Shown piece after piece: positions 1 through 10,282 of a stretch of DNA of 23,639 bases. A program made the translations under genes and the position numbers. A model generated the notes under the pieces. That model saw nothing but the letters and a program-made list of their open reading frames with translations. It was not told where the DNA came from and did not search any database. Within the stretch, counting starts at the first letter, position 1. The number at the start of each line of letters is the position of its first letter. Source of the stretch: a virus (taxonomy: Duplodnaviria > Heunggongvirae > Uroviricota > Caudoviricetes); the IMG/VR virus record IMGVR_UViG_2874945390_000005. The stretch is one strand, 5' to 3'.

Positions 1-1073
1 TCATTTGTTGATTTCAATTTTGTCCCATTCTCTCCCTCGGCTGTCCCTATACCGCGCCGCCATTGAATCTGATTTATGCCCGAGAAGACGTTGAGCAAAT
101 TTATCGCCAATCTGGTTCCGGTATAGCCTCGCTGACAGGCTACGCAGTTCATGGAATGTTGGCGGGTCTCCATCAAATGAGAGTCCGGAGGCATTTCTCG
201 CCTTTGTAAAATACTTTGATACTGTTTTCGGGGAAAGCGGATCGTGATGCTTTGATGCGATTATAGTTTCACTGCTGCTGGCCTCCCTGCATTTCTGTAG
301 TGTATCAACCAGTGAGATATTGAGCGCGTCAATCGTTAGCGTCAGCGGAATGGCGAGCTTAGCCCCTGTTTTACCCTGCTCAATGTGAAGATGGTTGTCG
401 TTTATGTCTGACCACTTCATTCTGCATAAATCGCCCACTCTCTGCCCTGTAATGACGGCCAAATCCATTGCCAGCCTCAGCCAGATAGGGAGAGGTTCGG
501 CTGCATGGTAAATCTCGACATACTCATTAGCTGTCAGCCTTGAGCGCCTTACTTCTGACTTTGCTGTGCGGGTTGCTGTTACCGGATTCGTAGCCACATG
601 CCCCTCGGCTATTGCTTCACGAAAAACGTCAACAAGGGTTGACCTGATTAATTTTGCGGAAGCCGCTTTACCTTCTGCTACGTAGGTATTTAGCATTGCT
701 GCCACCTCTTTCGTTGATATGTCAGTGAGCGGTTTGTCCGGCAATTTTCTTCGAATTGCCCTGATTTTGCTGGCGTAGTCGAGTAGAGTTTTCGGTCTGA
801 TGCCCCTCTCGCTGAGGATTGTTTCATATCGGTCAAGCCACGCATGAAGGGTGATTGAGTCAGCGCCTTTAATCCTGTCTATCAGTGACTCGCGCCCGCT
901 GTCTGATAGCAACTCAATGTTGGCCTGTATTGCTTCAGTGATTGCTATCCTCCTGTCTCGCCTAATCCGAACTCTTTACCCGTCCTTGGGTCCCTGTAGC
1001 AGTAATATCCATTGTTTCTTATATAAAGGTTAGGGGGTAAATCCCGGCGCTCATGACTTCGCCTTCTTCCCAT
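1..1073 (-). pseudogene. int: Lambda-type tyrosine integrase, reading frame broken near 945-962
   Basis: Minus-strand ATG at 1073-1071 overlaps the xis stop. The N-terminal frame gives MGRRRSHERRDLPPNLYIRNNGYYCYRDPRTGKEFGLG... then TAG at 947-945. The 303-codon ORF 1..912 continues in another frame (...ITEAIQANIE... ending REWDKIEINK) and carries the catalytic C-terminal domain. Both halves resemble lambda Int as recalled. Confidence 0.8.
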
Positions 1074-1269
1074 TTCTGATCCTCTTCAAAAGGCTACCTG
1101 TTACTGGTCGATTTAAGTCAACCTTTACCGCTGATTCGTGGAACAGATACTCTCTTCCATCCTTAACCGGAGGAGGGAATATCCTGCACTCGCGTACCCA
1201 TCGACGAACTGTTTCAAGGCTCCTTGGGCGTCGCTGGCGTGCGTTCCACTCCTGAAGTGTCAAGTACAT
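1051..1269 (-). CDS. xis: Excisionase, near-identical to phage lambda Xis as recalled
   Basis: 72-aa ORF MYLTLQEWNARQRRPRSLETVRRWVRECRIFPPPVKDGREYLFHESAVKVDLNRPVTGSLLKRIRNGKKAKS; ATG at 1269-1267; stop overlaps the int start. Confidence 0.9.
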   Translation of the reverse strand: MYLTLQEWNARQRRPRSLETVRRWVRECRIFPPPVKDGREYLFHESAVKVDLNRPVTGSLLKRIRNGKKAKS

Positions 1270-1353
1270 CGCAAAGTCTCCGCAATTACTCGCAAGGGAG
1301 CGAGTATTGGTTTATTTTCTCCAACAAAAAAGGAGCCGAAGCTCCTTTGATGA

Positions 1354-2010
1354 TTAAAATTCGAATTGTCTCGCCCGAAGGCTTTTCAGCATTGGTTTTG
1401 CCCGTTCGAAAAGGGCGCTTGCTTGGTCAAGTCGTGTCGCCTCCCTTAGCAGTACATCTCTGTTTTTCGTCACCGTGTAAAAAGTTTCAAACGCGATGTT
1501 ATACAGCTTGCTCGTGTATGATGAGTTCAGTTCCTTCAATATCGGGTACAGACGTTTGCAGATGTCCAGCGCATTCTCCATCTGTACCTGCATATAGCAA
1601 AGGAGGATGATTTCTTCGTCTGTGAATTGCTGCTGGATCTGCGGGTGCTGTTCCGCTTTGCCCGGGCTGAAATAGCAGTCTTCCAGTTTTTCGAACACTT
1701 CCCACGCCTGATCGGTTTCGAGCATTTTTGCGTGGCGGGCTGCGCCTCGTTCTGTCCAGAGGATGAGGTGCTTTGCTCGCGGTGCAACTAAGTTACTGTG
1801 AGTAACCTTGTTCTTAAATTCCCGCAATTCACCACCCTCCAGTTTAAAGTAGTGCTTACCACAAACAAAACGCCCGGCATTGCGCGTATAGTTCACTTTA
1901 ATGTTGTTGGTCTCAGTGCCGTAAAGTCGTGCCAGTAGTTCGGTAGTGATGACGGGGATGTGGTTATAGGTAATTGGGGAAAGGGATTCAACAGAAATTT
2001 GAGTAGCCAT
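1354..2010 (-). CDS. ORF6N/KilA-N-type domain phage protein (antirepressor-like), paralog A
   Basis: ATG at 2010-2008 (MATQISVESLSPITY...) preceded by AGGA. N-terminal about 110 aa show the ORF6N-like pattern (ITY..VITTELLARLYG...RHAKMLETDQAW). The ORF-track start at 2136 is probably an upstream artefact. Confidence 0.65.
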   Translation of the reverse strand: MATQISVESLSPITYNHIPVITTELLARLYGTETNNIKVNYTRNAGRFVCGKHYFKLEGGELREFKNKVTHSNLVAPRAKHLILWTERGAARHAKMLETDQAWEVFEKLEDCYFSPGKAEQHPQIQQQFTDEEIILLCYMQVQMENALDICKRLYPILKELNSSYTSKLYNIAFETFYTVTKNRDVLLREATRLDQASALFERAKPMLKSLRARQFEF

Positions 2011-2712
2011 GGTTTTATGTCCTATCGCATATTTTGAATTCACCCCTTTTGAGAGGGTGGTCGGGCGCTCAAAACCGGCGATAGACGGCGGGCATATTTC
2101 CCTTGCGGGTGTTTTATTAGCCGCACGCCCGACCATTGAATTCTCAATGTCGTAGACATAAAAAAATCCGCATAACTGACGGGGCGGTTTCCGCTATCGC
2201 AAAGGTGTTTTGAGCACCATGAAGCGGAATATAGCCCCGTTAATGCGGTGTTGTCAAATCATGTAGGCCTTATCTTGCTGTAAGCCGCGCCATTCGGGCT
2301 TTTCCCCACATTTGGGGAAAACTATCTTGTCAAAATCATGCAGCCTTTCGCTCTCCTTCGATGAGTTCCTCTATTTTGTGCACTCCAGCCTCGTTGTACC
2401 GAAATGTTTCAACCTGCTTGTCATTGTGCGCCGATTTGTCGATGAACCACTTCCCGTACTTTTCTGTTTTGAGCATGTAGGTGTTGGCTATGCGTCCTAC
2501 CTTGTTGGCTGAAATACCGTAGCGCTGGCCGACTTCCGTAGCAGAGTAGTAGTGCTCTGAGATAGCTGGCAGGGGTACAACATCGCGACCAACAATCGGG
2601 TTGAACACTCCAGCTACTGCTGCCTGCTTTGATTCTGAGGACAGATTCGGGAACATATTCACCAGTCGATCCGCCACGTTCAAAGCTATTTCCATGGCTC
2701 GCGCACGGTCTA

Positions 2713-3854
2713 AATAGCTGCGCTTAATACCGCTACACTTTTGCCAGTCCATGTTTGCCTCCGGGGAATGGGCTGACGGTTTCCATAAAATGGCGAACTT
2801 TTTTCAACAGTTGCCACATTGAGCGGCACTGATGATTACGCGTTATTGTGTCGTGAAGTGCCTGCCATAGCCGTTCAACATGATTCACCCATGGCGAGTA
2901 AACCGGCTGATAAATGACCCTGAACTTCGGGTTCTCCTTCAGCCAGCTCTGTGTTTCCCGGCTTTTGTGGATAATGTAGTTGTCCACGATCAGCGTGATG
3001 GTTTTCGCCCGACGGTATGTCGCTTTAAGCCGCTTCAGCAGGCTGATGAACAGCGCCGAACTTTTGCTGTTGCCGCCCACATAGCTGACTTTACCTGTCC
3101 CGCTGTGCAGCGCTCCGGCCAGATAATATTTTTCATTCTGTCCCGGCGTGACCACCCGTTTTTGCTGTCCGCGCAGTTGCCAGTCCGCACCGATTTTGGG
3201 ATGAAGATGGATATCCACTTCATCTTCATAAAAGACCGGATGCTCTGCGCTGCATTCGTCCAGTGCTTTATGGATTGCTGCCATCTTTTCATCTTTATGC
3301 GGGTCACGGATACGCAGAGTTGGCGCAGCCCTTCGCCACACAATCCCCGCAGACGGCAACCAGCGGCGAACGGTTCCGGCATTTAACTGGCAACAGGTTA
3401 TCTCATTGATTTTTATTGCCAGCAGTTCTGTACTCCAGCGTGAACGCTGGTAGCCAAAGTCGCCGGGAGAATGTTTTACCAGCTCACGTAACAGTGTGCA
3501 ACGGCCAGCGACGGGCACGCCCGGCAGGTAATGATTTCAGTCCCTCAACACCCGACTGCGTGAACCAGTTAATCCAGCGTCCAACAGAGGAACGGGCGCA
3601 GCAGAGCGTTCTGGCAACGTCGCTGACACGGTCGCCCCGGTGCAGCATCAGCATGGCAGTCAGTCTGCGGGCATAATTTTTATCGTGTGTTTTATGGATG
3701 GCTTTCTGCATCAGGCGTCGTTCGTCACGGGAAATTGGTGCTATGATCGGCATTGCTCAGTCCGGTTGGTGATTTGTTTTGATTTGGCGATTGATCAGAT
3801 CGCACAATCCGGGCTAAGTTCCCTCAAAGTGATCTACTATTCCGCGCAGCTATT
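2713..3854 (-). mobile_element. IS630-family insertion sequence with TA target duplication (2711-2712 and 3855-3856) in a CTAG target
   Basis: Terminal inverted repeat aatagctgcgc at 2713-2723, reverse-complemented at 3844-3854. Flanks reconstruct to ggtcTAggct. Encodes an IS630-type transposase. Confidence 0.8.
2733..3753 (-). pseudogene. IS630-type transposase split into two overlapping frames
   Basis: N-terminal HTH part is ORF 3484..3753 (MPIIAPISRDERRLMQKAIHK...RRWPLHTVT*). The DDE part is ORF 2733..3518 (...CTLLRELVKHSPGDFGYQRSRW...). The frames overlap at 3484-3518, indicating a small indel. Confidence 0.8.
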
Positions 3855-4404
3855 TAGGCTACTTTCTGGTTGCGGTACTGGTTGAGGATGGTTGGCAACC
3901 TTTTCGCGCTGATTGAAGTAGCCGTCCTCCAGTTTTTCGAACACGTCCCATGCCTGATCGGTTTCGAGCATCTTCGCGTGACGGGCGGCTCCGCGCTCTG
4001 TCCAGAGGATGAGGTGGCGTGCATTTGGGGCAATTTTCACAAAGTAGTTTAAAGCTACTTTGTGTTTTAGCGCGCGCAGCTCGTCACCAACGACCTTGTA
4101 GAAGTGTACCCCCTCAACAAAGCGCGACTTGTTTTCATGATGGTTTTGCCGGATGCGCACAACATCCGTTCCGTACAACTGCGCCAATAGTTCGCTGGTG
4201 ATGACGTTGGTTTGTTTGTAGGTGATTGGTGAAAGTGTTTCGACAGAAATTTGAGTATTCATAGCGTCCTCACATTGGCTTTTGCATTGAAGAAAGCTTG
4301 ACGGTGAACTCGCCGTAACGAGTTCAGATAAAAGAAATCCCCGCGAGTGCGAGGATTGTTATTCATTGCCGATATTCACCTTTATCTCAAACACCTTTAT
4401 CGGC

Positions 4405-4647
4405 TTATCTCCTTTGCATGGCACGTAATTTTTTCAGATGGTTCTCCTGCTCTGTTTCAGCCAGGATCTGGTGATATTCTCTGTGATCAATGTGTTCGAA
4501 TAAATTATTGAATTTTCTGATGCACACCCTTCCAGGATAGCCATCCATCCTCTTGAAGAATACTGAGTGATCAGTACTACGAATGATTTTTACTGGATAG
4601 CCAGCGCTATCGGTGTATATCTGACCACGTTGAATCAGAGCGAACAT
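4405..4647 (-). CDS. Small phage protein, 80 aa (DUF4222-like by recall, uncertain)
   Basis: ATG at 4647-4645 with GGAG/AGGA upstream; MFALIQRGQIYTDSAGYPVKIIRSTDHSVFFKRMDGYPGRV... Confidence 0.55.
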   Translation of the reverse strand: MFALIQRGQIYTDSAGYPVKIIRSTDHSVFFKRMDGYPGRVCIRKFNNLFEHIDHREYHQILAETEQENHLKKLRAMQRR

Positions 4648-4651
4648 TCCT

Positions 4652-4735
4652 TTATCTCCAGCGGCAAATCGAATACATCATCAGTGCCACCGCCAGTGCG
4701 GTTCCTACCTCTTTGAATGCTTCAGGCCAGGTCAT
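4652..4735 (-). CDS. Candidate 27-aa hydrophobic peptide (MTWPEAFKEVGTALAVALMMYSICRWR)
   Basis: ATG at 4735-4733 overlaps the TGA of the upstream gene (ATGA). GGGAGG sits 7 nt upstream. TAA at 4654-4652 lies 4 nt before the next gene's ATG. Below the ORF-track length cut-off. Confidence 0.3.
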   Translation of the reverse strand: MTWPEAFKEVGTALAVALMMYSICRWR

Positions 4736-5127
4736 TGATTCACCTCCCGCTCAATATTTTTAAGGTCATTCTCCGCATACAGTATCGCTGTCCTGGCTGC
4801 TCGCAACCGCGCTTTGGCGTTTTTCTCTTCACGTTCAAGTTTTGCCACAGCTTCTCGAAGAGCGTCCCGCTTTGCATAAAGTGATTTAATCTCAGACACG
4901 ATGTTTTCGCCGTTTCTCGCGCGGTCGAGAACAAGTTCGAATGGATCTAAAGCCAATCCGCATCGGTTGCAGGTAATCGTACGATTCACTTCTGAAATTG
5001 TTGTACGGATATGCTGACAGCATTTTTGCTCGACGCTTTTTCTGTCGGTTATCACAACGTTGAGAAGTCCTTCCTCCTCTGATTTTGGCTGCACCAGGGT
5101 GATAACATTATCGCTGTTATCGTCCAT
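4732..5127 (-). CDS. Phage protein, 131 aa, Cys-rich motif plus C-terminal coiled-coil-like region
   Basis: ATG at 5127-5125 preceded by AGGAGG with a 7-nt spacer (MDDNSDNVITLVQPK...). The ORF-track start at 5193 lies inside IS2 and is rejected. Confidence 0.6.
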   Translation of the reverse strand: MDDNSDNVITLVQPKSEEEGLLNVVITDRKSVEQKCCQHIRTTISEVNRTITCNRCGLALDPFELVLDRARNGENIVSEIKSLYAKRDALREAVAKLEREEKNAKARLRAARTAILYAENDLKNIEREVNQ

Positions 5128-5177
5128 CACTTCACCTCCTGCGGCGGTTCTGGTAGCGGCATCCAGTGGATTTGCCC

Positions 5178-6083
5178 CTATATTTCCAGACATCTGTTAT
5201 CACTTAACCCATTACAAGCCCGCTGCCGCAGATATTCCCGTGGCGAGCGATAACCCAGCGCACTATGCGGATGCCATTCGTTATAATGCTCGAACGCCTC
5301 TGCAAGGTTCTTTGCTGCCGTTAACCCGTTTGGTTTGGGCATGATACTGATGTAGTCACGCTTTATCGTTTTCACGAAGCTCTCTGCTATTCCGTTACTC
5401 TCCGGACTCCGCACCGCCGTGTTCTTCGGTTCAAGTCCCAACATCCGGGCGAACTGGCGTGTTTCATTAGCCCGGTAGCATGAACCATTATCCGTCAGCC
5501 ACTCCACTGGAGACGACGGAAGATCGTTGCCGAAGCGGCGTTCCACCGCTCCCAGCATGACGTCCTGTACTGTTTCACTGTTGAAGCCGCCGGTAGTCAC
5601 CGCCCAGTGCAGTGCCTCACGATCACAGCAGTCCAGCGCGAACGTGACACGCAGTCTCTCTCCGTTATCACAGCAGAACTCGAACCCGTCAGAGCACCAT
5701 CGCTGATTGCTTTCTTTCACGGCCACTCTGCCTGTATGTGCCCGTTTCGATGGCGGTACAGCAGGTTTTCGCTCAAGCAACAGCGCATTCTGGCGCATGA
5801 TCCGGTAAACACGTTTGGCATTGATCGCAGGCATACCATCAAGTTCTGCCTGTCTGCGAAGCAGCGCCCATACCCGACGATAACCATACGTGGGCAGCTC
5901 TCCGATAACATGGTGTATACGGAGAAGCACATCCGTATCATCAGTGTGACGACTGCGGCGGCCATCCATCCAGTCATCGGTTCGTCTGAGAATGACGTGC
6001 AACTGCGCACGCGACACCCGGAGACAACGGCTGACTAAGCTTACTCCCCATCCCCGGGCAATAAGGGCGCGTGCGCTATCCAC
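5178..6083 (-). CDS. insD: IS2 transposase OrfB (InsD)
   Basis: 301-aa [52 protein letters not shown]... matches IS2 InsD as recalled. Confidence 0.9.
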   Translation of the reverse strand: MDSARALIARGWGVSLVSRCLRVSRAQLHVILRRTDDWMDGRRSRHTDDTDVLLRIHHVIGELPTYGYRRVWALLRRQAELDGMPAINAKRVYRIMRQNALLLERKPAVPPSKRAHTGRVAVKESNQRWCSDGFEFCCDNGERLRVTFALDCCDREALHWAVTTGGFNSETVQDVMLGAVERRFGNDLPSSPVEWLTDNGSCYRANETRQFARMLGLEPKNTAVRSPESNGIAESFVKTIKRDYISIMPKPNGLTAAKNLAEAFEHYNEWHPHSALGYRSPREYLRQRACNGLSDNRCLEI

Positions 6084-6363
6084 TTTTTTGCCCGTCCATA
6101 TTCAACGGCTTCTTTGAGGAGTTCATTTTCCATCGTTTTCTTGCCGAGCAGGCGCTGGAGTTCTTTAATCTGCTTCATGGTGGCAGCAAGTTCAGAGGCA
6201 GGAACAACCTGTTCTCCGGCGGCCACAGCAGTAAGACTTCCTTCCTGGTATTGCTTACGCCAGAGAAATAACTGGCTGGCTGCTACACCATGTTGCCGGG
6301 CAACGAGGGTGAACCGCCCCGGGAATCCTGGAGACTAAACTTCCTGAGAAAGAGGTAAACAGG

Positions 6364-6686
6364 ATGACTAAAAATACTCGTTTTTCCCCCGAAGTCCGTC
6401 AACGGGCAGTCCGTATGGTTCTGGAAAGTCAGGGCGAATATGACTCACAATGGGCGACAATTTGTTCCATTGCTCCAAAGATTGGCTGTACGCCGGAGAC
6501 TCTGCGTGTCTGGGTTCGCCAGCATGAGCGGGATACCGGGGGCGGTGATGGAGGGCTCACCACCGCTGAACGTCAGCGTCTGAAAGAGCTGGAGCGTGAA
6601 AATCGTGAACTGCGCCGCAGTAACGATATCCTTCGCCAGGCTTCCGCTTATTTTGCGAAGGCGGAGTTCGACCGCCTCTGGAAAAA

Positions 6687-6690
<4 letters not shown>
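6364..6690 (+). CDS. IS629 OrfA
   Basis: 108-aa [45 protein letters not shown]..., IS3-family OrfA with HTH. Confidence 0.9.
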
Positions 6691-7573
<883 letters not shown>

Positions 7574-7790
7574 GTTCACAGATAAAACACTCTCCAGGAA
7601 ACCCGGGGCGGTTCAGGGAGACCGTCATCCCCGGTTCAAAGCTCTGCTGAACAATTGCGATCTTTTCCTGTGTGGTACGCCGTCTGCGTTTCTCCGGCCC
7701 TAAGACATCAATCATCTGTTCTCCAATGACTAGTCTAAAAACTAGTATTAAGACTATCACTTATTTAAGTGATACTGGTTGTCTGGAGAT

Positions 7791-8354
7791 TCAGGGGGGC
7801 CAGTCTATCCAGTGGGTTGCCTGTTCAATACCATTACCTGGCTTAACCGTTACATCTCCACGCCGGAATGTACCTCCGGTATAGCGTGCGGAGCATATTA
7901 GCGGTTCAACCAGAGAGCTATCGAAATTCACCGAAATAAGTACGTTCTGGCCCTTTTCAGGCATTCGATCACTACAGCTTATCCAACCATCCGGAATTAC
8001 CGGAGAGTTGCCCGACATCTCATTCAACTTGTAAGTCTGGCTTACAGGTTTGGCTTCCAGTTCTGCTATGCGCTTTTTTGCTGTTTCCAGCTCGCTCAGC
8101 AGTGTCAGCACAGTAGCCGGATTGGCTGCGGCGATGAATTCAGCATTGGCCTGCTGTTCCATTTGGAAATCTTCATCGAAACCGCTTTCAGGATGCGCTC
8201 CTTCAATTCTGCAAATAGGAAGATATCCAACAACTTCACGGTGAATTAGCGCATCATCAGCATCAAGTTTCTCCTCTCCATATTCGAGCGACCACACACC
8301 CCACGTTGCTTTCTCTGCCTTTTCACGCAGTGCCTGATAGTCAATTTCGCTCAC
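7791..8354 (-). CDS. Ea22-like / DUF551-type phage protein; native C-terminus displaced by the IS2 insertion
   Basis: GTG at 8354-8352 preceded by AGGAGG with a 6-nt spacer. ...[15 protein letters not shown] then runs into IS2. Removing IS2 and one TCCAG copy restores ...THWMPLPEPPQEVK*, the DUF551 C-terminal motif as recalled. Confidence 0.6.
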   Translation of the reverse strand: MSEIDYQALREKAEKATWGVWSLEYGEEKLDADDALIHREVVGYLPICRIEGAHPESGFDEDFQMEQQANAEFIAAANPATVLTLLSELETAKKRIAELEAKPVSQTYKLNEMSGNSPVIPDGWISCSDRMPEKGQNVLISVNFDSSLVEPLICSARYTGGTFRRGDVTVKPGNGIEQATHWIDWPP

Positions 8355-8551
8355 TGTTTGCCTCCTTTGCGCCACATAGCATTCAGATATTTGTTTTGAT
8401 TCACTGACGGAAAAGAATTTCTCTTAAGCAATTCCTCTCTCGATGGCATTGGCTTTACGCGTTGGCGAATAATCATTTCTGCCGGAAGAATGCCGGGATT
8501 GTATGCAAGTCCTCTCATGGTAAATTCCTCAGTCATTACTGATAGCGCCAT
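8351..8551 (-). CDS. Small phage protein (55-66 aa), translationally coupled to the downstream gene
   Basis: Stop TGA overlaps the GTG start of the Ea22-like gene (GTGA). An internal ATG at 8518 has GAGGA 8 nt upstream and may be the true start. Confidence 0.45.
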   Translation of the reverse strand: MALSVMTEEFTMRGLAYNPGILPAEMIIRQRVKPMPSREELLKRNSFPSVNQNKYLNAMWRKGGKQ

Positions 8552-8718
8552 AGCGTGAGCGGTAATTACGCAGGCGCGGGTCGATATATTCAGGGAATTT
8601 GTCTATTGTCGCTTTTCGCAACGGTCTCATTGCTGTTTCGTTTGTTCGGTCCTTTGAGGTAGCCTGAGTTTAACGGACACTCCTTCCTGAAATAGAATGG
8701 CATCAGAAGGAGCTAATA

Positions 8719-9021
8719 ATGAGCAGAAAAACCCAACGTTACTCTAAAGAGTTCAAAGCCGAAGCTGTCAGAACGGTTCTTGAAAATCAACTTTCGATCA
8801 GTGAAGGCGCTTCCCGATTATCCCTTCCTGAAGGCACTTTAGGACAATGGGTTACCGCCGCCAGAAAAGGGCTCGGTACTCCTGGTTCCCGCACGGTGGC
8901 TGAACTGGAATCTGAAATTCTGCAACTGCGTAAGGCGTTAAATGAAGCTCGCCTTGAGCGAGATATATTAAAAAAAGCAACAGCGTATTTTGCACAGGAG
9001 TCGCTGAAAAATACGCGTTAG
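8719..9021 (+). CDS. IS600 OrfA
   Basis: 100-aa ORF MSRKTQRYSKEFKAEAVRTVLENQLSISEGASRLSLPEG...; A7G slippery run near 8970-8980. Confidence 0.9.
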   Translation: MSRKTQRYSKEFKAEAVRTVLENQLSISEGASRLSLPEGTLGQWVTAARKGLGTPGSRTVAELESEILQLRKALNEARLERDILKKATAYFAQESLKNTR

Positions 9022-9056
9022 TCGAACAATGGCGACAACAATTTCCCATTGAAGCG

Positions 9057-9875
9057 ATGTGTCAGGTATTTGGTGTATCCAGGAGCGGTTATTACAACTG
9101 GGTACAGCATGAACCCTCAGACAGAAAACAAAGTGATGAGCGGCTAAAACTGGAGATTAAGGTGGCACATATCCGCACTCGCGAAACATATGGAACCCGG
9201 CGGCTCCAGACGGAGCTGGCAGAGAATGGCATCATCGTTGGTCGTGACCGACTGGCACGTCTTCGTAAGGAGCTAAGGCTACGCTGTAAGCAGAAACGCA
9301 AGTTCAGAGCGACTACGAACCCGAACCACAATCTGCCAGTTGCGCCAAATCTGCTGAACCAGACGTTCGCTCCTACAGCACCAAATCAGGTCTGGGTGGC
9401 GGACCTGACGTATGTTGCCACACAGGAGGGATGGTTGTACCTCGCTGGCATCAAAGATGTTTATACGTGCGAAATTGTCGGCTACGCCATGGGAGAGCGC
9501 ATGACAAAAGAGCTGACAGGTAAAGCCCTGTTTATGGCGCTCAGGAGCCAGCGCCCACCTGCCGGGCTAATCCACCACTCTGATCGAGGTTCACAGTACT
9601 GCGCATACGATTACCGGGTCATACAGGAGCAGTTTGGTCTGAAAACATCAATGTCGCGTAAAGGTAACAGTTACGACAACGCTCCGATGGAAAGCTTCTG
9701 GGGAACGCTGAAAAATGAGAGCCTGAGCCACTATCGTTTTAATAACCGGGATGAAGCCATCTCAGTAATACGGGAATACATTGAGATTTTCTACAATCGT
9801 CAGCGTCGTCACTCTCGTCTGGGGAATATCTCCCCGGCAGCCTTCAGGGAAAAATATCATCAGATGGCTGCTTAA
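9057..9875 (+). CDS. IS600 OrfB (DDE transposase)
   Basis: 272-aa ORF with an IS3-family integrase core (...HHSDRGSQYCAYDYRVIQEQFGLKTSMSRKGNSYDNAPMESFWG...). Normally expressed as an OrfAB fusion by -1 frameshift. Confidence 0.9.
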   Translation: MCQVFGVSRSGYYNWVQHEPSDRKQSDERLKLEIKVAHIRTRETYGTRRLQTELAENGIIVGRDRLARLRKELRLRCKQKRKFRATTNPNHNLPVAPNLLNQTFAPTAPNQVWVADLTYVATQEGWLYLAGIKDVYTCEIVGYAMGERMTKELTGKALFMALRSQRPPAGLIHHSDRGSQYCAYDYRVIQEQFGLKTSMSRKGNSYDNAPMESFWGTLKNESLSHYRFNNRDEAISVIREYIEIFYNRQRRHSRLGNISPAAFREKYHQMAA

Positions 9876-10282
9876 AAAAAGAACAAATGGTAGTGTCCGC
9901 TATTGCCAGTACACCTCATTGACTTGATGAAATTGTGCACTTCAACCGAGGTTTGCAGCGGCGCGTTACTGAAGCCTTTAGGCCACACCCCGAACTTCTC
10001 TTTGTAGGTATGAGCGCACCATCCGTCACTCAGTGGCTTACCTGTCGCGTTGCGGTAATTCTGATAGCCCTTGATCTCACTCCACCACCGCTGTTTTTCC
10101 TCGCGGCTGTATTCGCGTTTCCCTTTGTTTACGCGAGAGAGTTTTCGATCGCGGTCTGTTGCCACATCATCGCCACCAAGAGGACGAAACCCACATTTGG
10201 GACACATGTGTACACCAGCAGGCTTCATGAAGTGGCATTTGGGGCATTCTCTGGGAAGTTTTTCAGCTTTTAACCTCGCCAC
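9872..10282 (-). CDS. Zinc-ribbon protein (CPKC...CPKC), 3' end replaced by IS600 sequence; native part 9919..10282
   Basis: GTG start at 10282-10280 lies 20 nt upstream of the helicase stop. MARLKAEKLPRECPKCHFMKPAGVHMCPKCGF... The last 15 codons are read from the IS600 right end. Confidence 0.5.
   Translation of the reverse strand: MARLKAEKLPRECPKCHFMKPAGVHMCPKCGFRPLGGDDVATDRDRKLSRVNKGKREYSREEKQRWWSEIKGYQNYRNATGKPLSDGWCAHTYKEKFGVWPKGFSNAPLQTSVEVHNFIKSMRCTGNSGHYHLFFF

Larger units (their letters stand above)
2336..4262 (-). pseudogene. ORF6N-domain paralog B split by IS630 (N-part 3855..4262, C-part 2336..2712)
   Basis: ORF 3837..4262 (MNTQISVETLSPITY...) and ORF 2336..2752 join in frame once the IS and one TA copy are removed (...QPESS-L-DRARAMEIALNVADRL...). 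ATG at 4262-4260 is preceded by GAGGA. Confidence 0.7.
8655..9918 (+). mobile_element. IS600 (IS3 family), copy 1, no target-site duplication
   Basis: 1264 bp; ends tgaggtagcctgagtttaacgg ... ccgctattgccagtacacctca; identical to copy 2. Flanking triplets are ctt (8652-8654) and ttg (9919-9921). Confidence 0.9.

Noticed and set aside
1499-1787. ORFs 1499..1705 (-) and 1536..1787 (-) overlapping ORF6N paralog A
   Set aside because: Alternative frames of the same strand within a well-supported gene; compositionally skewed products.
2880-3386. ORFs 2880..3386 (+) and 3035..3382 (-) inside the IS630 transposase region
   Set aside because: They are antisense to or out of frame with a recognisable transposase gene; no RBS and no homology recognised.
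5607-6038. ORFs 5607..6038 (+) and 5717..6010 (-) inside IS2 insD
   Set aside because: They overlap the InsD coding sequence, which is clearly the real gene; typical shadow ORFs.
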